Below are positions 1 to 9,334 of a stretch of 56,145 nucleotides of DNA, one piece after another. The notes beneath the pieces were generated by a model. That model was not told the origin of the DNA and ran no database searches. It saw only the letters and a list, made by a program, of their open reading frames with translations. Position 1 is the stretch's first letter. Each line of letters starts with the position of its first letter. The stretch lies in the sequence record SRR20825010_1540; one strand, given 5' to 3'. The position numbers were made by a program, and so were the translations under genes.

Positions 1-18
1 TTCATATAGTGTTCTCGT

Positions 19-52
19 AAAAGAGCTTTGCCTGACCGGCAAGGCTCTTTTT
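19..52 (+). terminator. Intrinsic terminator hairpin of an upstream gene (possibly bidirectional)
   Basis: AAAAGAGCTTTGCC-tgacc-GGCAAGGCTCTTTTT inverted repeat with flanking A and T tracts. Confidence 0.7.
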
Positions 53-156
53 AGTTTGGACCCATTTAAAGCACAATAGGTCCATAATTGCGTCTTAACA
101 ATTGTCATCATGAAATGATGGTACTTATATTGGGGTGCCTGGCTATTGCCAAAACC

Positions 157-171
157 ATGCAAACCTTTGCA
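157..171. promoter_or_regulatory. Putative LacI-family operator (inverted copy)
   Basis: ATGCAAACCTTTGCA; its reverse complement matches 15/16 nt of the motif at 26779 and 43817; lies upstream of GH92. Confidence 0.55.
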
Positions 172-281
172 CAATAAACTTCCCCCTATCTTTCGTATTA
201 TCAATATTTTATCGTTTTTTTGATTAGTACGCACTTCTATTATCAGTTATGATTTTTCAAAGGCTTAAGCTTGTTTATCAG

Positions 282-2543
282 ATGAAAACGAATAAAAAAT
301 TCTTGTACCCCCTAGTTCTACCTTTATTCTGGATAACAGTTCTATCTGCCCAAAATAAAATGGAAGTTGATTATGTAAATCCGCTAATTGGAACTCCCTC
401 TTCTGGATTTATGGAAGGTAGGGATGGCGGTGGTACCATGCCCTGTGTGGGCACCCCTTTTGCCATGACCAATTTTGTGGCCCAGACGCGTGAAAATAAG
501 ATCAGTGAAATGCCATACTTTTATGAGGACAATACCATTCAGGGTTTTATGGCAACACACCAGCCCACGGTCTGGATGGGAGATTACGGCTACGTATCCG
601 TAATGCCACAGGTAGGTAAGCTAAAGCTTCTTCCTAAAGACAGGGCCTTACCGTTTACCCATAAGGAAGAGATTTCGAAACCCAATTACTACAGCGTTTC
701 CATGGGGGATAAAGGACAAAAAATTAAAGGGGAAATAGCCGCTGCCTCCCGCTGTGGCATCTTTCAATTTACCTTTCCAAAATCGGATGAATCGCATATC
801 ATTATTCAGGGCATTAATATTACCGAGAACAAGAAGGCGTTTCATGGCTATATACGCATAGATGAAAACAAAAGGGAGATTACCGGGTATAACCCTGAGC
901 GAATGTCTTCCCATTTGGGTCCGGAACTTAAAAACTTTAAAGGTTATTTTATAATTCAATTCGATAAATCCTTTGAGCGATTTGGAACATGGAATTCTTT
1001 TAGAACAGAGCCCGATATCAATGAAATGGGCAGGGAACAGACAGGTGCAAGAATGGGTGGATACATAAGCTTCAAAACGGAAAAAAATGAAAAGGTCAAA
1101 GTTAAAATTGCCACTTCCTTTATAAGTTTGGAACAGGCCCGGAAAAACCTATCCAAGGAAATACCGCATTGGGATTTTGACAAAGTGGTGGAAAATACAG
1201 GAGATATCTGGCAGGAAAACCTTTCCAGAATTAAGGTAGATGGGGCTACCGAAGATCAAAAAAGTATTTTCTATACCGCCTTGTTCCACACCATGTTGTT
1301 CCCTAGGGAATTTTCGGAGTACGGACGTTACTACAGTCCGTTCGACGACAAGGTCCATGAAGGGGTTTCGTATAACGACTACTCCCTTTGGGATACTTTT
1401 AGAGCCCTGCACCCCCTACTGCATTTTACACATCCCGAAAGGGTAAGCCCCATGGTTCAGTCCTTGTTGCAGATGTACCAAGAAGGAGGCTGGTTGCCAA
1501 AATGGCCCAATCCAACCTATACCAATATCATGACCGGCACTCATGCAGATGCCGTAATTGCGGATGCCTATGTAAAAGGATTTAGGGACTACGACCTGGA
1601 TCTAGCCTATGAAGCCATAAGAAAAAATGCAATGCACCCGCCTTACAGGGACACCGAAAAAGCTTGGGGCGATAGGGATGAAGGCACTTTGTACGAAGCC
1701 AGGGGCGGACTCACCTATTACCACTCACTGGGATATGTAGCTTCTGACAAGACTAGGGAATCCGTAACCAGGACCGTAGAGTTCGGTATAGACGATTATA
1801 GCATTGCCCAGATGGCCAAGGATATGGGTAAAATGGAAGACTATGAGCGATTAATGGGATGGAGCAAGAATTACAAAAACCTCTACAACAAGGAAACGGG
1901 ATTCCTCAATGCCCGACTGTACAACGGCAATTGGGACAAAAACGAACAGGAAGGGTTTACGGAAGGTGGGAGATGGACCTATTTATTCGGTGCCATGCAC
2001 GATATCCAGGGAAGCATTGAACTCTTTGGCGGAAAGGAAAAGTTTGCCGCCAAATTAAATGAAAACTTTGATGGGCAGCACTACAGGCACGATAACGAAC
2101 CTGGGCACCACTATGCCTACCTATTTAACTATGCCGGGCAGCCCTGGAAAACCCAAGAGCTTATACGTAAGCATACCTCAACCATTAATTATAGGAATCA
2201 TCCTCTAGGAATCAACGGAAACGATGATTGCGGACAAATGTCGGCCTGGTATGTTTTTGGAGTTATGGGATTTTATCCAGTCACCCCCGGAACCGAAATT
2301 TTTGCTATTGGAGCACCACAATTTCCCGAATTCACCCTCAGATTACTCAAGGATGGAGCACCAAAACCTTTTAAAATAATTGCCAACAACCTTTCCGAGA
2401 CCAATAAATACATTCAATCGCTTACTTTGGATGGAAAGGTGGTAGAGGAACCCTTTATTAGCTATACCCAAATAATGAACGGCAATGTCCTCGAATTTGA
2501 AATGGGAAACAGCCCAAACCCAACTGCCTTTAAAAACAATTAG
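282..2543 (+). CDS. GH92 alpha-mannosidase (alpha-1,2-mannosidase family), secreted
   Basis: YVNPLIGT N-terminus, SLWDTFRALHPL, FTEG, HDNEPGHH and GNDDCGQMSAW GH92 motifs; signal peptide if started at ATG 282 (ORF opens at 249). Confidence 0.92.
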   Translation: MKTNKKFLYPLVLPLFWITVLSAQNKMEVDYVNPLIGTPSSGFMEGRDGGGTMPCVGTPFAMTNFVAQTRENKISEMPYFYEDNTIQGFMATHQPTVWMGDYGYVSVMPQVGKLKLLPKDRALPFTHKEEISKPNYYSVSMGDKGQKIKGEIAAASRCGIFQFTFPKSDESHIIIQGINITENKKAFHGYIRIDENKREITGYNPERMSSHLGPELKNFKGYFIIQFDKSFERFGTWNSFRTEPDINEMGREQTGARMGGYISFKTEKNEKVKVKIATSFISLEQARKNLSKEIPHWDFDKVVENTGDIWQENLSRIKVDGATEDQKSIFYTALFHTMLFPREFSEYGRYYSPFDDKVHEGVSYNDYSLWDTFRALHPLLHFTHPERVSPMVQSLLQMYQEGGWLPKWPNPTYTNIMTGTHADAVIADAYVKGFRDYDLDLAYEAIRKNAMHPPYRDTEKAWGDRDEGTLYEARGGLTYYHSLGYVASDKTRESVTRTVEFGIDDYSIAQMAKDMGKMEDYERLMGWSKNYKNLYNKETGFLNARLYNGNWDKNEQEGFTEGGRWTYLFGAMHDIQGSIELFGGKEKFAAKLNENFDGQHYRHDNEPGHHYAYLFNYAGQPWKTQELIRKHTSTINYRNHPLGINGNDDCGQMSAWYVFGVMGFYPVTPGTEIFAIGAPQFPEFTLRLLKDGAPKPFKIIANNLSETNKYIQSLTLDGKVVEEPFISYTQIMNGNVLEFEMGNSPNPTAFKNN

Positions 2544-2590
2544 AAACGGAAGTAGCCTTGTTTTAAATTTTTGGTTATTGCAAAAAGAAC

Positions 2591-2628
2591 AAAGGGGATG
2601 GTTTCCACATTTTAAAACCATCCTCTTT
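2591..2628. terminator. Bidirectional terminator between convergent genes
   Basis: AAAGGGGATGGTTT...AAACCATCCTCTTT inverted repeat between the GH92 and amidotransferase stop codons. Confidence 0.7.
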
Positions 2629-2649
2629 AAATTTCATAAATTATGTCTT

Positions 2650-3447
2650 TTATTCTCCAGATATGTATTTTAACCAAGCCATTATTTCTTGGGTATGGAG
2701 ATGATAATCGTTTATTTCTACCGGAAGGCCTTTTTGCACCCTCAATTGCGAACAAAAATCCTGAACTTCTTTCAAGGATTCAAAAGCAGCGCTTTTGACT
2801 AGTTTTTCGGATAAAAATGAAGCTATCAAAGCCATTTCCGAAGTATTGAATTCAGGATGGTATTGTACCCCAAAAAATGACCCATTCTTATAGTCGAAAG
2901 TCATGCCCTGCACCTTGGAATGCGCATTACTGGCCAAAATAATAGCATTTTCAGGTGCTTCTGCCACCTCGTCATAATGGATACACAGGGCTGTAAACGG
3001 CGTTTTTCGATGTTTAAAAAATGGGCTTTCCTTTCCAGAAGCTGTTACTTCAATGGGCTTGGATATCCCAAACTCCAATCCATTAGGACTTAATGCCACC
3101 TTTCCCCCGGCCACTACGGTGGCCACCTGCATCCCCCAACAGCTGCCGTAGAACGGCACGCCGCTTTCAAAAATCTCATCGGCAAAATTCAGTTGCCCAT
3201 GAACATCCGGAATATCATCAAGAACACTTAAGGAACTTCCTGTCCATAAAACACCGTCATACTGCTTCAATTCCGCAACTGTTGGCAATCCGCCTGTACC
3301 ATCTGCAGGAAAAGCAAAATCTGTCTGTGCCTTTGGAACCAATTCCTTAAGCATAACCTGAAACGTAAGATGATAGGGCTTTATCCCAAAAGCTCCCCGC
3401 TGCAGACGTGTTTGTTCGTTATTACCTTCTACAATTAATAGTTTCAC
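2650..3447 (-). CDS. Class I glutamine amidotransferase-like hydrolase (putative gamma-glutamyl amide hydrolase)
   Basis: GSCWGMQ nucleophile elbow and QYHPEF His-x-Glu complete the triad; GTG start 2 nt after the ADH stop. Confidence 0.8.
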   Translation of the reverse strand: MKLLIVEGNNEQTRLQRGAFGIKPYHLTFQVMLKELVPKAQTDFAFPADGTGGLPTVAELKQYDGVLWTGSSLSVLDDIPDVHGQLNFADEIFESGVPFYGSCWGMQVATVVAGGKVALSPNGLEFGISKPIEVTASGKESPFFKHRKTPFTALCIHYDEVAEAPENAIILASNAHSKVQGMTFDYKNGSFFGVQYHPEFNTSEMALIASFLSEKLVKSAAFESLKEVQDFCSQLRVQKGLPVEINDYHLHTQEIMAWLKYISGE

Positions 3448-3449
3448 GC

Positions 3450-4622
3450 TTACAGTCCGTTTATATCTCCAGATACCGCGGCTCTAAAAAGCTGCTCCAA
3501 ATCCTTCGCGTTAACAGGTTTGGCATTTGAAGGAGTGGAAGGATCCTTATAGGCCATTTCCCCAATTTCCTGTGCATTATCCAAATTAATGTCTATTTCC
3601 TTTAAAGTATGCGGGATATTCAATTCTTTTCTCAAACCGATTATATAATTGATAATAGCATCGGCACCCTCCTTTTCCAGACCCAACACCTTACTTAAAT
3701 GCACCATTCTTTCCTCTATTGCCGATTTGTTCTGTTTTAGGGCATAGGGCAATATTACAGCGTTTAACAAACCATGCTGTTTGTTGTAAATAGCGCCCAA
3801 TTGATGGGCCACGGAATGCACGGAGCCCAATCCTTTTTGAAAGGCGGTTGCACCCATGGATGCCGCTACCAACATCTGTCCCCTAGCTTCCAGGTTTTTT
3901 CCGTCCTTAACTGCTATTGGTAAATACTTGGCAATAATTCGGATAGCCTCAATGGCAATACCATCGGCCATAGGGTGGTACCCTGGAGCACAATAGGCCT
4001 CAATGGCATGTACCATAGCATCTACACCGGTCCAAGCCGTTATATGTGGTGGCAGGCCCAAGGTTAGTTCCGGATCCGATATCACGATTGCCGGTAACAT
4101 TTTTGGGTGAAAAATAATTTTCTTGGTATGCTGTTTTTCATCCAATATTACCGAAGCCCTACCTACCTCCGAACCTGTACCTGCTGTGGTAGGGATGGCT
4201 ACAATAGGTGCAATTCCGGCAGGATCTGCATAACTCCAATTATCTCCCACATCTTCAAAATCCCATAAGGACCTTGTTTGGCCGGACATAAATGCAATGG
4301 TCTTGGCCGCATCAATGGCAGATCCACCTCCAAAGGCAATGACCCCATCATGTTTGTTCTTTAAATAATGGGCCACCCCATCAACCACATTTTTTTCTGT
4401 TGGATTTCCCTGCACGTCACTATAGACCGTGAAATTCAACCCATCCCTTTTTAGAATATTTATGGTCTTCCCAACTATATCCAGTTTTACCAAGCCTTCA
4501 TCGGTAACAAATAAAGGGTTATTGATTCCCAATTTTTTGCATGCCTGCGATATTTCGTTTATTCTACCATTTCCAAACCAGATGGTGGTAGGATAATTCC
4601 AATTTGTATTTGCTAATTGCAT
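3450..4622 (-). CDS. Iron-containing alcohol dehydrogenase
   Basis: GGGSAIDAAK, PTTAGTGSE, DAMVHAIEAY, HSVAH and HGLLN metal and NAD motifs. Confidence 0.92.
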   Translation of the reverse strand: MQLANTNWNYPTTIWFGNGRINEISQACKKLGINNPLFVTDEGLVKLDIVGKTINILKRDGLNFTVYSDVQGNPTEKNVVDGVAHYLKNKHDGVIAFGGGSAIDAAKTIAFMSGQTRSLWDFEDVGDNWSYADPAGIAPIVAIPTTAGTGSEVGRASVILDEKQHTKKIIFHPKMLPAIVISDPELTLGLPPHITAWTGVDAMVHAIEAYCAPGYHPMADGIAIEAIRIIAKYLPIAVKDGKNLEARGQMLVAASMGATAFQKGLGSVHSVAHQLGAIYNKQHGLLNAVILPYALKQNKSAIEERMVHLSKVLGLEKEGADAIINYIIGLRKELNIPHTLKEIDINLDNAQEIGEMAYKDPSTPSNAKPVNAKDLEQLFRAAVSGDINGL

Positions 4623-4664
4623 TAATTCTTATTTTTTAAATTCTATAAACTGATCTAAAATTTC

Positions 4665-6050
4665 TTACTTCCCTTTTCGAAAATTGAATGATTTAACCCG
4701 GGTAACATGGTCGTATCCCATTTTTGACAATGTAACGCCCTTGCCGGAATTTTTAACGCCCGTCCAAGCCAGTGCAGGATCCAAATAATCGCAACGGTTC
4801 ATAAAAACGGTACCGGTCTCAATTTTCCTCCCCAGATCAATAGCCCTATCCATATCGTTTGCCCAAAGGGAAGCGGTAAGTCCATATTGGGAATCATTCA
4901 TTAACCTTAATGCCTCCTCATCGTTCTTCACCTTCATAATCCCAACTACGGGTCCAAAACTCTCCTCGGTCATTACCTCCATACTGTGATCCACATTGAC
5001 AAGTACATGCGGAGATAAATAAGGCGTATCTTTTTTGGATGCTGCAAACAAAGATTCGGCCACCAAGGATTTTGCCCCTTTACCCAGGGCCTGCTCTATT
5101 TGTTTTCTTACATAATTGGCCGCATCGGTCTTTACCATTGGTCCCAAATTGGTTTCTGCATCCAAAGGATTCCCTAATTTGTATTGCTTGGTAAGCGCTA
5201 CAAATCCATCAACAAACTTGTCGTAAAGCGTTTCATGAACATAAATCCTTTCAATACCACAACAGGACTGCCCACTGTTAAAAAAAGCCCCATCCACCAA
5301 ATTTTCCACACTATTTTCCAAATTGGCATCAGCCATGACATAGGCAGGATCCTTTCCTCCCAATTCCAAACCACAGGGTATAAATTTGTTTGTCAAGGAA
5401 TTCTGAACGGCTACTCCACCTTGTACGGAGCCTGTAAAGTACACCCCGTCTATTCTGGAATCGGCAATTAACTGGGCCGTATTTTTATGGTTCAGGTGCA
5501 GTATCTGAAATACCCCTTTTGGCAGTCCAGCCTTTGCAGCTGCCTTGGCATAACGTTCCGCCACCAATGGTGTCTGGAAAGAATGCTTTAAAATAACCAC
5601 ATTTCCTGCCATTACGGCGGGAACAATAGCATTTACTGAGGTCAAGAATGGATAGTTCCAAGGACTCAGCACGCTAACCACACCTATTGGAACACGCTCT
5701 ACCCATCTTTTATCCGGATTCGCGGCATCTACAACTTTATAGTCGCCCAAAGCCTCTTCCGCTATTCCTATCATATAATGGGCACGGTCTGCAAAGCCCT
5801 TTATCTCTCCAGGGGATTGTCCCAAGGGCCTCCCCATTTGCCAGGTTATTTCGAGGGCGATATCATTTTTATCCTCAACAATGGCTTCAACAAAGGCTGT
5901 AATAAATTTAGCACGCTCGGCAATGGAAAGATTGGACCAAAGTGGAAAAGCACTTTTCGCCTGATGTAAGGCCTGTTCAATATCTTTTGGGCCATGTTCT
6001 TCGGCAGTGAAATAAATAGTGCCGTCTATAGGTGATATGGTATTTATCAT
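4665..6050 (-). CDS. Aldehyde dehydrogenase
   Basis: PWNYP, FTGS, LELGGKDP, catalytic NSGQSCC, EESFGP. Confidence 0.93.
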   Translation of the reverse strand: MINTISPIDGTIYFTAEEHGPKDIEQALHQAKSAFPLWSNLSIAERAKFITAFVEAIVEDKNDIALEITWQMGRPLGQSPGEIKGFADRAHYMIGIAEEALGDYKVVDAANPDKRWVERVPIGVVSVLSPWNYPFLTSVNAIVPAVMAGNVVILKHSFQTPLVAERYAKAAAKAGLPKGVFQILHLNHKNTAQLIADSRIDGVYFTGSVQGGVAVQNSLTNKFIPCGLELGGKDPAYVMADANLENSVENLVDGAFFNSGQSCCGIERIYVHETLYDKFVDGFVALTKQYKLGNPLDAETNLGPMVKTDAANYVRKQIEQALGKGAKSLVAESLFAASKKDTPYLSPHVLVNVDHSMEVMTEESFGPVVGIMKVKNDEEALRLMNDSQYGLTASLWANDMDRAIDLGRKIETGTVFMNRCDYLDPALAWTGVKNSGKGVTLSKMGYDHVTRVKSFNFRKGK

Positions 6051-6054
6051 TTTT

Positions 6055-7431
6055 TTAAATTATTTCGAAATAACGTTTTAATTGCCAGTCGGTTATAGCT
6101 CCAAGTTGTTGTTGGTCTTCCCAAAGTCGGGTATACGCATAATGATCCACAAATATATCACCAAACAGGTCCCGTGCAATTGTTGAATTCTTAAATTTTT
6201 CGGCCGCTTGGGACAAGGTCCTGGGCAACTGAAGCTCCTGTGAAAAGTCTACATCGTAGGCGTTCCCGTCTACCGCTTTTGTAGGTTCAATTTTATTCTT
6301 TATGCCCCACAGTCCAGAACCAATGGCGGCTGCCAGTGCCAAATATGGATTTATATCGGCTGCGGAAACCCTATATTCCACTCTTTGCGACTTTTCAGAA
6401 CCAGGAATGGCCCTGAGGGCACATGTTCTATTATCTATACCCCAAGAGGCGGCGGTGGGTGCCCAAAAACCTGGAATGAGTCTGGTATAGCTATTGCATG
6501 TAGAAGCCACCATGGCCAAAAACTCGGGCATTAACTTTTGTTGCCCTCCAATAAACCATCGCATTACATCTGACATGCCATCGGTTTTATCTTTATCGAA
6601 GAAAGCAGAGGAACCATCCGCATTTTGCAAGGAAATATGGATATGACCGGATTGTCCAGGATAATTGGAAGACCATTTGGCCATAAAGCAGGCCATTAAA
6701 TTGTTTTGTTGCGCCCAAACCTTAATAAAATTTTTAAACAAAGCTCCATTATCGGCTGCCCTCAAGGCTTCGGAATATTCAAGGGCTCCTTCCAGCACCC
6801 CTGCACCAGTCTCTGTATGCAGCCCTTCCAAAGGCATGTCCATCTCCTTGGAGAGTTCCATTATTTCGTGATAAAAACTGGCATGGGTAGAACTGCGCAA
6901 AATGGAATACCCAAAGTTACCTGGCGTCATTGGTTCCAGATTATGATAATTCTTATCGCGAACGGATTTAGGGGATTCATTAAAAAGGAAAAATTCGAAC
7001 TCAAAAGAGGCACTTGCCTTAAGCCCCAAGTTTCCCAATCTATCCAAGGTTTTCCGCAGAATAGATCTTGGACAAACACTTGCTGCACTGCTCTCGGAAA
7101 AATCTACCAAAAAAATAACGGACTTGAAATCTTCCGTTGGCAGCATTCGCATACTGGATGCATCTATCGTAGCGTTGGCATCGGTAAAACCATCTGCCCA
7201 GCCAGTAAAGGAATCATTCTTATATAGTACATCATTGGAATCCCAACCAAAGATTACACTGCAAAAACCAAATCCCTTGTCCAAAGCTGATAGGAACTTT
7301 TTGGAATTTACGTATTTCCCACGTAGAACGCCATCAACATCAACAACGGCCAACTTTATATTTTCAATTTGATATTCTTGGATATAACTTCTAACCGATT
7401 CTACGGTCATTTTTGGTGCTTCCTTTTTCAT
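6055..7431 (-). CDS. Glutamine synthetase-like gamma-glutamyl-amine ligase
   Basis: EFEFF, EGLHTETGAGVLE, GQSGHIHISL, WGIDNRT and RVEYR GS motifs; operon context with dehydrogenases and an amidotransferase. Confidence 0.85.
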   Translation of the reverse strand: MKKEAPKMTVESVRSYIQEYQIENIKLAVVDVDGVLRGKYVNSKKFLSALDKGFGFCSVIFGWDSNDVLYKNDSFTGWADGFTDANATIDASSMRMLPTEDFKSVIFLVDFSESSAASVCPRSILRKTLDRLGNLGLKASASFEFEFFLFNESPKSVRDKNYHNLEPMTPGNFGYSILRSSTHASFYHEIMELSKEMDMPLEGLHTETGAGVLEGALEYSEALRAADNGALFKNFIKVWAQQNNLMACFMAKWSSNYPGQSGHIHISLQNADGSSAFFDKDKTDGMSDVMRWFIGGQQKLMPEFLAMVASTCNSYTRLIPGFWAPTAASWGIDNRTCALRAIPGSEKSQRVEYRVSAADINPYLALAAAIGSGLWGIKNKIEPTKAVDGNAYDVDFSQELQLPRTLSQAAEKFKNSTIARDLFGDIFVDHYAYTRLWEDQQQLGAITDWQLKRYFEII

Positions 7432-7664
7432 TGATATATTTTTATTATTAACTATTAACCTATAAGTCCCTAGCCATGGACATTAAGATTACATTTTTGT
7501 GCTATTTTGGTTCATTATTCTATTCTTATTCCCTTATTAGTGATATGCTTTAGATATAGTTGAAAATATATTATCGGTCACATATCCCTGTTTACATTAT
7601 TGCCATCCCTTGATAAAAATGCTCCATAAAATTATTGAATAATGCCCACCTATAATCGTAAAAA

Positions 7665-9155
7665 TTAGTTTTTTGCCATTTCCTTTTTTGCCTCGTGTTC
7701 CAAAGCAAACTCTTCTTCCGGCGACAGTATCAATCTATGCCTACCTTTTAGCCCAAAGTATACCAACCCGATAATTAGATACCCTATGGATATAAAAACT
7801 GCCGTCCTATAAGATTGATCCTGTAATTGAAAATATATAATTATACTGGCCAAAAATATAGTGGTCCAGGCACCGAATTTCCCGAACGGACTAACATAAG
7901 GCCTTTCCAAATCCGGTTTATCCTTCCTCAGCAATAAAAAGGAGCCACATTGCAATATATAGGAGAGCATGGCACTAAAAACGGCAATGTTCAATAAAGC
8001 CCCCCCAACAAATACCTCACTTTCATTTCCGGCCAAAAATTTGGTGACCATCAAAACCGTAAAACCTATCAAAGAGCCGAGGATCAATGCGGTATATGGT
8101 GTTTTTCTTTTGCTATGGGTCAATGATAATAATACAGGGAAATACCCTGCCCTGGACAAGGAATAAATCTGCCTACCAAACGCAAAAATTATGGTATGGA
8201 AAGATGCCAACAGGCCAATTGACGCCACCAAGGCCAATAGCTTGGCTATATTGTCCCCGTACAGCACCTTAAATCCGTCCAGTAAGGGTTCCCCTGATTG
8301 GGAAAGGGCATAGGACCCCAAAGGTATAGAGGCATTGAGCCATAAAATTAAAAAGGCCGAAATAATCAAAGTAATTATCCCATAGGTCAACCCCTTGGGC
8401 ATATCCTTTTTGGGATCTACGGATTCCTCCGCCGCCAAGGGTAGCTGTTCAATGGCCAAAAACAACCAAACTGCAAAGGGCATTGCCTTGAGCGCTCCTT
8501 CCCATCCCATTGGGAAAAGGGAACCTCCGCCACCATCCAAATGTTCAGCACTCCCGTCCGGTCCAGCCTTAATATCCAGGGCATAAGTCATAAAATCAGC
8601 ACTTCCAATAGACGACACCCAAAATATGCCTAAACATCCCAAAGCCAATAAGGTTAAGGCCACGGTAAAGCGAAAAGACAGCTCTACCCCTACGATATTC
8701 AAAAGGGTAAAGATGGTATAAAATCCGAACCACCAAAAAGGCAACATTTCCGGTGCCGTTTCAAAGATGCCCTGCATATAATTACTTAGAAAAAAAACAA
8801 TAACGGCCGGGGTAAGTATAAATTCCAAGTTTTCCACCAAACCAGTAAAAAATCCACCCCAAGGTCCCATGGCCGATCTGGCAAATGAATATGCTCCGCC
8901 AGTATGCGGCAGGGCAGGAGACATTTCAGCGACGCTTTGGGTGAGTCCAACATACATTATAGCTACGATAATAGTAGCGACGAACATACCGCCCCATCCT
9001 CCAGAAGCCAAGCCCAGATTCCACCCTGAAAAATGTCCTGAAATCACAGCTCCAACACCCAAGGCCCATAAAGACCAAACACCTGCATGGCGTTTCAGTT
9101 CCCTGGATTCAAAATAGGATTTATCCATTTTTTTGTACTTAACGCCCTTGCCCAT
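7665..9155 (-). CDS. APC amino acid/amine permease, ethanolamine permease (Eat)-like
   Basis: About 12 hydrophobic segments; LWALGVGAVISGHFSGWN, LPHTGGAYSFARSAMG, FLAIEQLPLAAEE and SPEEEFA are typical of the Eat subfamily. Confidence 0.8.
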   Translation of the reverse strand: MGKGVKYKKMDKSYFESRELKRHAGVWSLWALGVGAVISGHFSGWNLGLASGGWGGMFVATIIVAIMYVGLTQSVAEMSPALPHTGGAYSFARSAMGPWGGFFTGLVENLEFILTPAVIVFFLSNYMQGIFETAPEMLPFWWFGFYTIFTLLNIVGVELSFRFTVALTLLALGCLGIFWVSSIGSADFMTYALDIKAGPDGSAEHLDGGGGSLFPMGWEGALKAMPFAVWLFLAIEQLPLAAEESVDPKKDMPKGLTYGIITLIISAFLILWLNASIPLGSYALSQSGEPLLDGFKVLYGDNIAKLLALVASIGLLASFHTIIFAFGRQIYSLSRAGYFPVLLSLTHSKRKTPYTALILGSLIGFTVLMVTKFLAGNESEVFVGGALLNIAVFSAMLSYILQCGSFLLLRKDKPDLERPYVSPFGKFGAWTTIFLASIIIYFQLQDQSYRTAVFISIGYLIIGLVYFGLKGRHRLILSPEEEFALEHEAKKEMAKN

Positions 9156-9265
9156 ATCTATTCTCTTGGTTTTTGGTTTGATTATGTATTTCTAAGCTGG
9201 TAACTAATATACCATGAAATAAGAAAAATATCACTCTCTAAACTTGAAGGATTTATTTTGCGAAT

Positions 9266-9297
9266 AAAAAAGACCATGGGGAGGAATCCCCATGGTC
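9266..9297 (-). terminator. Intrinsic terminator after susD
   Basis: On the minus strand GACCATGGGGA-ttcc-TCCCCATGGTC followed by T6. Confidence 0.85.
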
Positions 9298-9334
9298 CGT
9301 AAGATTCATAATAAGTTTTATATTAACTGCACAT

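Noticed and set aside
6706-7227. 173-aa antisense ORF, representative of many shadow ORFs (e.g. 11383-11925, 12679-13161, 18055-18555, 24933-25436, 26090-26584)
   Set aside because: Fully overlap well-supported genes on the opposite strand and show no protein motifs
6055-7431. Calling the GS-like gene a housekeeping glnA
   Set aside because: Operon context with an amine permease, two dehydrogenases and an amidotransferase indicates a gamma-glutamylation ligase
7580-7612. Weak ATCCCTG-containing similarity among intergenic regions near 7585, 16743, 37520 and 55857
   Set aside because: Too short and inconsistently positioned to distinguish from chance
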